Origin: an uncultured Erysipelotrichaceae bacterium
Lineage (GTDB): Bacteria > Bacillota_I > Bacilli_A > RF39 > UBA660
Direction of reading: 5' to 3'
NCBI GenBank assembly: GCA_902780395.1
Contig: CACZFH010000002.1
Span: 22,335-86,334 of the forward strand
Length of the DNA: 64,000 nt
Positions 46,741 through 55,900 of the stretch are shown piece after piece. Position 1 is the first letter of the stretch. Each line of letters begins with the position of its first letter. The position numbers were made by a program, and so were the translations under genes. Under the pieces are notes generated by a model. It was given only the letters and a program-made list of their open reading frames with translations, had not been told where the DNA came from and searched no databases.

Positions 46741-46914
46741 ATGTACCAAACAAGAAGATTAAATGATGAAGAGATTGCTAAAATTAATGAAATATATGAT
46801 ACTGATTATAAAGTAATCTTAATTCAAAAAAAGAAAAATAAGTATTATGCAATACTTGATTGTGATGAAAAAATAGAAGTAAAAGAAAAAGAAGTGGCAA
46901 ATTATTTTATGTAA
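46741..46914 (+). CDS. small hypothetical protein (57 aa) in the prophage right-end accessory region
   Basis: Own translation: MYQTRRLNDEEIAKINEIYDTDYKVILIQKKKNKYYAILDCDEKIEVKEKEVANYFM. RBS aaaggaggg. Confidence 0.45.
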   Translation: MYQTRRLNDEEIAKINEIYDTDYKVILIQKKKNKYYAILDCDEKIEVKEKEVANYFM

Positions 46915-47393
46915 TTGCCACTTTTCGCTATTTTATTGTATTTAACGGTATAATCCTGTCCGAATGTTTTTATAAACCATTCTAATGACTTTCTTTCAAC
47001 ATATAATTGTTGGAATAATAATTTATATTCTAAATTAAATATTATATTATTATGAAATAAATTGTGATGATTTTTACATAGAGGACATATTGCTCCATTT
47101 AAAATAGATCTATTTCTGAATGAACCTTCAAAAACTTCGTTTGATTCTACTTTATAATATGGTGTTTCACAACCTTCTACGCAGCATTTATTCATATCCT
47201 TATATATAATACTATATCTATTTTTTTCTTTCTTAGCTTGTTTATAAGTTCTTTGCTTTATTTTCTTTTGCTGAATATTTTTATATTCTTTATATTTACA
47301 TAACTTACAATCATCTATAGTTATAATCTTCTTTCTTTTTTTACAATATAGTGTTCTATTTAATTTAATTTTTAAATTAATACAATTATTCAT
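46902..47393 (-). CDS. Cys-rich zinc-finger / HNH-like (HNHc_6/DUF968-type) phage protein
   Basis: CxxC pairs, and ...EVFEGSFRNRSILNGAICPLCKNHHNLFHNN. The ORF track starts it at 47408; the second ATG has the better RBS (aaagga). Confidence 0.5.
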   Translation of the reverse strand: MNNCINLKIKLNRTLYCKKRKKIITIDDCKLCKYKEYKNIQQKKIKQRTYKQAKKEKNRYSIIYKDMNKCCVEGCETPYYKVESNEVFEGSFRNRSILNGAICPLCKNHHNLFHNNIIFNLEYKLLFQQLYVERKSLEWFIKTFGQDYTVKYNKIAKSGNYIK

Positions 47394-47521
47394 ATTTAAT
47401 CCTTTCATTTGAAGTCTTAAATATTACTTAAAAATTCAAAAACTGTATCAAATACAATTTAATTAATTGTTCTAATTGGTATAAATACTACATTAACAAA
47501 CTATATCTTAACTATTAATTT

Positions 47522-47541
47522 AATTCCGTACTCGTCACCAA
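47522..47541 (+). repeat. attR core (aattccgtactcgtcaccaa)
   Basis: Exact copy of 9680-9699. Confidence 0.9.
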
Positions 47542-47552
47542 ATAAAAAAATG

Positions 47553-47577
47553 AAACACCACTTAGGTGTTTTTTTTG
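47553..47577 (+). terminator. original tRNA-operon terminator, displaced to attR
   Basis: Stem aacacc / loop actta / stem ggtgtt, followed by a T8 run, directly after the tRNA-Glu 3' fragment. Confidence 0.7.
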
Positions 47578-47639
47578 ACAGATGATTAAATAATTAGTAC
47601 AATCATATTATATAAGTATAATTAAAAGAGGTGAATTAA

Positions 47640-47924
47640 ATGAATGAAGAGTTAGCATTTTCCTTAAAGAAAATAGAAGATACCTATGATATCATAGAAC
47701 GATTAATAAGAATGTGTACAGAATCACTACAAAAGCTAGATCAGGATTTTAATAATCTCCAAGAACACATGAGTGGACAACAATTAATTATTGATGCATA
47801 TAAAGAAAAGAAAAACAGTTTATTTCAAATTATTGAACTAATGAAAACAATGAGTCAAATAATTCTTAACAAGAAAATTGAATTAGAAGAAAAGACAAAC
47901 TATTTAAAAAATCATATAGATTAA
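47640..47924 (+). CDS. small helical protein, possible WXG100-partner (no WXG motif)
   Basis: 94 aa, helical, immediately upstream of a WXG100-type gene. RBS agaggtga. Confidence 0.45.
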   Translation: MNEELAFSLKKIEDTYDIIERLIRMCTESLQKLDQDFNNLQEHMSGQQLIIDAYKEKKNSLFQIIELMKTMSQIILNKKIELEEKTNYLKNHID

Positions 47925-47937
47925 AAAGGTGAAGTAT

Positions 47938-48210
47938 ATGGAAGAAAATAAATATAACTTTATTGGTATAGAAGAAAACCTAAAAGATATAAAAGAGCAA
48001 TCTCAAACAATTAATAACTGTGTAGAAAAAATGAATGAAATCATAAATGATTCTATTGGACAAACAGGAGATGCCTGGCAAGGAATATCAGCAGATGAAT
48101 TTAAAAAAAAATGGGATGAATATATATCTGACATGAAAGAATTAACGGAAATAATTAACAAGCAAACAGAAAATATTGAACTAGTAAAACAAGTTATGTC
48201 GGAAGAATAA
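47938..48210 (+). CDS. WXG100 (ESAT-6/EsxA-like) family protein
   Basis: ~90 aa with a central GDAWQGISADEFKKKWDEY (WxG codons at 48076-48084). Confidence 0.65.
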   Translation: MEENKYNFIGIEENLKDIKEQSQTINNCVEKMNEIINDSIGQTGDAWQGISADEFKKKWDEYISDMKELTEIINKQTENIELVKQVMSEE

Positions 48211-48262
48211 TGTTTTTTTGTTGACATATAAAGCTATTTTGTGTAATAATATATATGCGGAT

Positions 48263-48353
48263 GGAGTAGTACTCAAGAGGCCGAAGAGGCGCCCCTGCTA
48301 AGGGTGTAGGGCGGGCAACTGCCGCGAGAGTTCGAATCTCTCCTACTCCGCCA
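48263..48353 (+). tRNA. tRNA-Ser (anticodon GCU), long variable arm
   Basis: GGAGTAG..CGCCC-CTGCTAA-GGGTG..variable arm GGGCGGGCAACTGCCGC..GAGAGTTCGAATCTCTC-CTACTCC-G-CCA. Confidence 0.88.
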
Positions 48354-48364
48354 TTAAAAAAAGT

Positions 48365-48386
48365 ACTCGAGAAATCGAGTTTTTTA
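48365..48386 (+). terminator. terminator after tRNA-Ser
   Basis: Stem actcga / loop gaaa / stem tcgagt, followed by T5. Confidence 0.7.
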
Positions 48387-48444
48387 TTGCACTTGCAAGA
48401 TTTTAACGAATGTGCTATAATACATGTACCTAGGGGGGAATTAT

Positions 48445-49884
48445 ATGAAAAAAATGGTAAAAAAAGGAATTGCTATATTAATAATATTATTAATAGTAAT
48501 TACAACATCTAATGTATATGCACAATCAACAATAACTGTTGATAAAAAAAATTATCTTTGGACTGAAAGTCAAAGACAAACAAAGTTCCACACAACAAAG
48601 GGTTATGCTTTCTGTATCACACCAAATAGAACTGGTCCATCTGAAGGAAAAACCATGACCTTTAAAAGCAAACAATCAAAAGGTGGAGTACTATATTTAT
48701 TTGATAAAACTGGATATAGTGATAATGAATATTTAGCAACTCAATTAGCTATTTGGCTTTATGATAGTAATCATATGTCTGATTTCTGGAAAAAGCATAG
48801 TAACTTAGATGTTGTGAAAAAAGCTAAAGCATTATCTGCCGAAGCTAGTAAAAATAGTAATTATACCCATACTCCAAGTGTAAAATTAACTACTAGTAGT
48901 AGTAATTTATCAATTACAAGTGATAATAAATATTATCGTTCTGGTGTAATCACAGTAACTATGGAAAATGCAACAGAAGCAAAGTTAACTTTAGAAGGTG
49001 CCCCAGCCGGAGCAACTATCGTAAATAGTAATTATTCTGCTATTTCAAAAGCTACTAATAATGCAAAAATATATGTTCAAATTCCAGAAGAAAAAGTTAC
49101 TGGTACAGTAAATTTCTCAATAAAAGCAGAAGCAAATGGTCAAGTTGCTGAAATTGAAAGATACACAACAGGAGATTCTGGTATTCAAGAATTAATCGTT
49201 TTAGTAAAAACAAATAAAGTAGTATCTTACTCAGCTAAATTAGCAGTAACACCAGTAAAAAGATCATGTGATTATGTAAATGGTAAATATTATAATAAAA
49301 AAGGTGAAGTTGTAGATAAAACAACTTATTCAATTGACTGTGAGCCTCATAATTGTGAACCAGTTGGAGATGTTTACTTTGGTAATAATGGAACCCAAGT
49401 AAGTTATGAAGACTTTGTAATTCAATGTAAAAAACCTATTTGTAAAAAAGTTGGAGATAAATATGTTGGTATAAATGGTACAGTTGTGACTCATGAAGTA
49501 TTTGTTACAGAATGTGGTTGTAAACCAATGGGCGATAAATATTTAGGAATTGATGGAACAGAAGTATCTTACGAAAACTATATAATTCAATGTAAAAAAC
49601 CTAAATGTGACATAATAGATAATATGTACTTTGGTATAAATGGTACTAGAGTAAGTGAAGCAGAATATACAAGTCAATGTGTACATAAATGCGAACTTTA
49701 TAATAACAATTATTATGGTTCAAATGGAACTATAGTAACTGAGGAAGAATATAAGAGTCAATGTGTTACTCCATATGTGCCAGTACCTGATACAGATACA
49801 TCAACTGAATTAATTTATCTAATTATGGGAGCGCTTTTATTAGGAACTTCACTAGGAGTTATTACTTATAAAAAACATGCATAA
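48445..49884 (+). CDS. surface protein with a thioester (TQxA) domain, six Cys-bracketed repeats and a C-terminal anchor
   Basis: Signal peptide. GYAFCITPN (Cys codon 48613-48615) and ATQLAIW (48739-48756). Repeats of C-x-GDxYxGxNGTxV-x6-8-QC. C-terminal VPDTD + hydrophobic helix + KKHA. Confidence 0.7.
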   Translation: MKKMVKKGIAILIILLIVITTSNVYAQSTITVDKKNYLWTESQRQTKFHTTKGYAFCITPNRTGPSEGKTMTFKSKQSKGGVLYLFDKTGYSDNEYLATQLAIWLYDSNHMSDFWKKHSNLDVVKKAKALSAEASKNSNYTHTPSVKLTTSSSNLSITSDNKYYRSGVITVTMENATEAKLTLEGAPAGATIVNSNYSAISKATNNAKIYVQIPEEKVTGTVNFSIKAEANGQVAEIERYTTGDSGIQELIVLVKTNKVVSYSAKLAVTPVKRSCDYVNGKYYNKKGEVVDKTTYSIDCEPHNCEPVGDVYFGNNGTQVSYEDFVIQCKKPICKKVGDKYVGINGTVVTHEVFVTECGCKPMGDKYLGIDGTEVSYENYIIQCKKPKCDIIDNMYFGINGTRVSEAEYTSQCVHKCELYNNNYYGSNGTIVTEEEYKSQCVTPYVPVPDTDTSTELIYLIMGALLLGTSLGVITYKKHA

Positions 49885-49885
49885 A

Positions 49886-49913
49886 AGAATGATAAAAAAT
49901 CATTCTTTTTTTA
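49886..49913 (+). terminator. terminator after the surface protein gene
   Basis: Stem agaatgat / loop aaaaa / stem atcattct, followed by T7. Confidence 0.75.
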
Positions 49914-49965
49914 TGCTTTATTTCTAGTTAATTCAAAGTTTTTATGATATACTCTAATCAGGGAA

Positions 49966-52900
49966 GTGGATGTAATGGCAAATATAATAAAAAAATATTA
50001 TAGTGATTTTGATGATATTACAGAATATTACAATTTTTTAGTCAATAAAACAAAAAATCATCAATATGTTGAAATCACAAATGAATGGTTAATTGATAAT
50101 TACTATCTAATAGTAGAACACAAAAATACCATACTCAATTCCAAGAAATTAATTAAAAAAAATAAAAAGATTATTCAAGAAAACTATTATTTTTTAAAGA
50201 GTATTATAAATAGTAAAAACTATAATATTAGTTTTAAATTTTTAGTAGAGGAATTAAAAAAATTTCAAAAAGATAATAAAAAGGCATTTTCTTATCAAGA
50301 ATTGTCTTCATTTATGTATATTATTATCATGATTTATACAGAAAGATTAAATGAATTATGCAAAGAAGAATATGCCAAACTTATTGATAAAGAAGATGTT
50401 GCAACAATTATTAGAAATCATGAAACACTAACAGTAGCAGATTTTTTACCAGCAAATTTTGATATTATTGGAAATTCCCATTATATATTTGAAATAAACA
50501 ATCAATTATATAGAACTGGTAGTAATAGTAATGAGTTATTTAAAGAATTAAATGAATATCTAAAAGAACATAGCGTAAGCTTAAAAGAATTGATTAATGA
50601 AGAATATCAAAAAAGAATTGAAAATAACTTATTAATATCAAATATTTTTAATGATTTAAAAGAATTCTTTGAATACTCAACAGAAGAGTTATTTGAAAAA
50701 GTTTCTAAAACAGAAAAACTATTATTAACAGATCCAGCTTATAAAGAAATGACCATCGAGTCAAAAATATCATACCGTAATAAACTAGTTTCTCTAGCTA
50801 AAAAACATCATCAACAAGAGTATGACTATTTGGAAAAAATATTTACTCCCAATAAACATATTGGATTTAAACTATTTAAAAATACCAATAATACCCTTAA
50901 AGTATTTATATATATATTAACTTTAGTATTAGCAACAAGTATAACAGCATTTTTTGCATCAAAGTATTTTATTAGACCAAGAGTATTAGGTTTTATTATA
51001 TTATTTATTCCTATTAGTCAATTAATTAGTCAAATCATGCATGAATTTATGGTGAAAGTAATACCACCAGCAGTTATACCTAAATTAGACTATTTAAAAG
51101 GAATACCTAAGGAATCTAAGACAATGGTAGTAATTCCAACAATCGTAGGAAATACCCAAAAAATAAAAGAAATGTTTGATGTCTTAGAATCATTCTATAT
51201 AGTAAATAAATCAGATAACTTATATTTTACTTTATTAGGTGATGTAAAAGCAGCTACTACCAAAGACACTGATTATGACGCTGAAATAACAGCTTATGGA
51301 GAAGAATATGCTAAGAAATTAAATGAAAAGTATAAAAAAGAGTTATTCTATTTTATTTATCGAAAAAGAATTTGGAATCCTAAAGAAAATAGTTTTCTAG
51401 GATATGAAAGAAAAAGAGGAGCATTAGTTCAATTCAATAAAATATTATTAGGTGAACCAGTTGATGAAGAAAAGTATTTTCAAATTAACATGCTTCATAA
51501 AAATAAACTAGGAATTAAATATGTTATTACCCTAGATACCGATACAAAATTAGTATTAAACTCTGCTCTAAATTTAGTAGGAGCCATGGCTCATCCAATG
51601 AATAAGCCTGTCTTAAATAGTTCAAGGACCAAAGTTATTAGTGGATATGGAATTATGCAACCAAGAGTAAGTGTAGATATTGAAGCTACTAATAAAAGTT
51701 TATATAGTCAGATATTTGCCGGAATTGGTGGATTTGATACCTATACAGCCGTAGTGCCAAATGTTTATCAAGACTCCTTTGGAGAGGGTAGCTTTGTTGG
51801 AAAAGGAATCTATGATTTAAAAGTATTTAATGAAATTTTAGCCAATACCTTTCCAGATAATTTAATACTATCTCATGACTTACTAGAAGGTAATTATCTA
51901 CGTTGTGGGTTTGTATCAGACATTGAAGTAATCGATGGCTTTCCATCTAAATTCTTAATAGATGTAACAAGACAACATAGATGGGCTAGAGGAGATACTC
52001 AAATTATAGGTTGGATTAAAAATAAAGTGCCTAATAAGAATAATAATAAAGTAAAAAATCCAATTAATTTACTAGGAAAATTTAAAATATTAGATAATAT
52101 CATAAGAATGTTCTTATATCCAATGTTACTAATAATGCTATTATTAGCATTTAGTGGTAGCTTAAAAAAATCATTATTCTGGATAACACTTGTTGTCTTA
52201 GAAATTGCTATATCCATTATTTTCTTCTTACGAAGTAATATGGTTCGTAAAGGAAAGAATATAAAAGCTGTATATTATAAAAACTTATATTATGGTGGAA
52301 AAAGTTTAATATTTAGATCATACATTGTTTTAGCAACAGTACCATATTATTCAAAACTATATATGGATGCTTTCTTTAGAACACTATATCGACTATTTAT
52401 TAGTCATAAGAATCTTTTAAATTGGATTACAGCTGAAGAAGTTGAAAAGACCGTAAATGGTAGCTTAAAAAATTATATTAAAAACTTCTCAATAAACTTT
52501 GTTTTTGCTGCTATTTTTATTGGTATTGGAATTATAAAAGCCAATCCATTAGCTTATTTAATAGCCCTTGTCTTTATCAGTGCACCTTTTGTATTATATT
52601 TTGTCAGTAGTGATATAGACCATACCCAAATTGAACTAAGTGATAAAAAAGTAGATAATATTAAAGAATTAGCTAAAAAAACATGGCAATATTTTGCTGA
52701 TGGCTTACAAGAAAAATATAATTATTTAATACCAGATAATTATCAAGATAATAGAGAAGAAAAAATTGATTTAAGAACTTCTCCTACAGCCATAGGTTAT
52801 TCTTTAACAAGTGTAGTATGTGCCGAAGAACTAGGCTTTATTGATAAAGAAAAAGCTATTGATTACTTAGGAAAAATATTAACTTCCATAGATTCACTAG

Positions 52901-55900
52901 AAAAATGGCATGGTCATTTATTTAACTGGTATAATATTGAAACTAAAAAAGTTATGCCTCCTTACTTTGTATCTTCAGTAGATTCAGGAAACTTAATTGC
53001 TTGTGTTATTATGATTCGTGAATTTTTAGCAAAACAAGGACAAGAACAATTAGTAAAACTATGTGATAAGTTAATAAAAAATGCTAATTTCAAAAAGCTA
53101 TATACTAAAAAAGATGTATTTAGTATTGGTTATGATGAAGATGAAGGAAAACTATCAACCTATAACTACAATAAGTTTGCCTCTGAATCTCGACTAACCA
53201 GTTATGTAGCAATTTGCTTAGGAGATGCTCCTAGTAAGCATTGGTTCTCTTTAGATAAATCATTAACAACTTATAAAGGAAGAAAAGGATTAATCTCATG
53301 GTCTGGTACTGCCTTTGAATACTTCATGCCATTACTATTTATGAGAAACTATCCAAATACTCTATTAGATGAATCTTATCATTTTGCTGTTTTCTGCCAA
53401 AAAGATTACATCAATAAAGTATCTCATAAATTACCATGGGGAATTTCAGAATCTGCTTATAATGAGCTAGATAATGCTCTTAACTATAAATATAAAGCCT
53501 TTTCAACCCCATATCTAAAAGCTAAAGAAGATAAAGAAAACAGAATTGTATTATCACCTTATTCTTCCATAATGGCTATTGAGTTATTCCCAGAAGAAGT
53601 CTATGAGAATTTAAAAAAATTCAAAGAGTTAGATATGTATGGCGAATATGGTTTCTATGAAGCCTATGACTATGATAATAGAGGAATTGTAAAAGCATAT
53701 TTTGCCCATCATGAAGGAATGAGTTTACTAGGTATTACAAACTATCTTAAAAAAGGTATTATGAAAGATTACTTCCATTCTAATGTTAATATCAGAACAT
53801 TTGAATTATTATTAAAAGAAAAAGTTCAAACAAAAACAAATATTGATATGAAAATGGCTAAGTATAAAAAATATAACTATAACAAAGAAAAAATTGAAAA
53901 TGATATCAGAGCCTTTGATTATATTTCATACTTACCAGAAATGTCAGTATTATCAAATAAAAAGTATTCGCTTATCATGAATGATCGAGGAAATAGTTTC
54001 TCTAGATATCGTACATTACAATTAAATCGTTATCGTAAAGTAACCGAACAAGATTATGGTATATTCTTATTTATTAAAGATATGAAGAATAATCATATTT
54101 GGAGTAATACCTATGCACCTATGAATGAAAAACCTGATAAATATGAAGTTGTGTTTGCTTCAGATAAGATTAAATTCTTAAGAAAAGATGAAGATATTTC
54201 TACTAAAACAGAAATAGTAGTTTGTAAAAATCATCATGCTGAAATTAGAAGAATAACCTTCAAGAATGAATCTGATATAGACAAAGAACTTGAATTAACC
54301 AGTTATACAGAACCAATTCTTTCAGAAAATATGGATGATGTAGGTCATAAAGTATTTAATAATATGTTTATTAAAACAGATTTTGACCCAAGAACAGACA
54401 GTTTAATTGCCAAAAGAAAAGGTCGTGGAGATAATAATGTTAATAGTTATATGGTAACTAGAATGATCATTGACAATCCATTAGAAAACTATTCTTATGA
54501 AACAGAACGTGTTAATTTTATAGGAAGAAATCACCAGTTAACAGATGCCAAGGCTCTATCAAGTGATTTAACCAATTTTGCTGGAGAAAACTTAGATCCT
54601 GTTTTATCACTTAGAAATAAAGTATTAGTACCTGCCAATGGTTCAATATCAGTATACTTACTAGTTGGTTTTGGTAGAAGTAGAGAGCAAATTGAAGAAA
54701 TTATAAATTACTATAACAATGCTTATGCCATTGAAAAAGCTTTCCGTATTTCAACTTTAATGAATGTTATTGATACAAAGAATATGAATATATCAGGAGA
54801 AAACATGAGGACATTCAATATCATGTTAAATTACTTGTATCAAACAACCAGAATATCTGTAAACGAAGAAAGAATGAACTTCTTAAGAAAGAATGCTTTA
54901 GGCCAAACTGGTTTATGGAAATTTGGAGTTAGTGGTGATCGCCCAATCATCACAGTAGATATCTATGATATTAGTGATATGAGCTTTATCCATGAAATTT
55001 TAAAAGCATTTGAATATTACAAGAATAAATCAATCTTTGTAGATATTATTATTATCAATAATGAAAGTAACGAATCAGCCAAATTAATCAAAAAAGAAAT
55101 TGATTCAGAAATGTATCGTATCTATACCCTAAATAGTTTCTATCATACTCCAGGAAGTATTACAGTCATTAATAAAGATGAAATAACAGATGAAGATAGA
55201 AGTTTATTGAATGTAGTTCCAAGACTTAGATTTGTTGTAGATAATCATATGAGTTTAAAAGAAGCTGTAGAAGAATTACAGAAAAACAATTCAATTAGTG
55301 ATTATCCAACATATCCAATTGAAAAGAATTTAGCAATAAGTAACACTGAAAAATTACAAATGGATAATGGTTATGGTGGATTTAAAAATAGTGGAAAAGA
55401 GTATGTTATTTATAATAAAAATACGCCTATGCCATGGTCTAACATAATTGCCAATAAAACCTTTGGTACAATTATTACCAACAATGGTTGTGGTTATACA
55501 TATGCCTATAATTCTAGTGAGTTTAAAATATCATCATGGACTAATGAAATGGTAATTAATGATAAGAGTGAAGGCTTTAAATTCAATGGTCAAAACTTTG
55601 ACCCAGAAAAGTGTATTCATGGCTTTGGATATTCTATTTTAGAAAGTGAAACAGAAGATTTTAAACATGAAATAACCGAATTTGTAGCAACCGAAGATAA
55701 TGTAAAAATATACTTCATGAAATTAAAAAATAAAAAAGCTAAGACTCCTGTTGACGTTGAATTCTGGATAAATCCTACATTTGGAAACTTTGAAGAAAAA
55801 ACAACAAGACACATCCTAACAGAGTTTATGGGTGATGATAACTACTTAAAGATGAGAAATGTCTATAGTATTAATTATGGTGATGTAAATGTCTTTATGT

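Larger units (their letters stand above)
9680..47541. mobile_element. integrated prophage (~37.9 kb) in the tRNA-Glu 3' end
   Basis: An exact 20-bp direct repeat bounds the element. Integrase is at the left end. A complete lysogeny/replication/packaging/virion/lysis gene order lies inside. Host-type genes resume outside. Confidence 0.9.
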
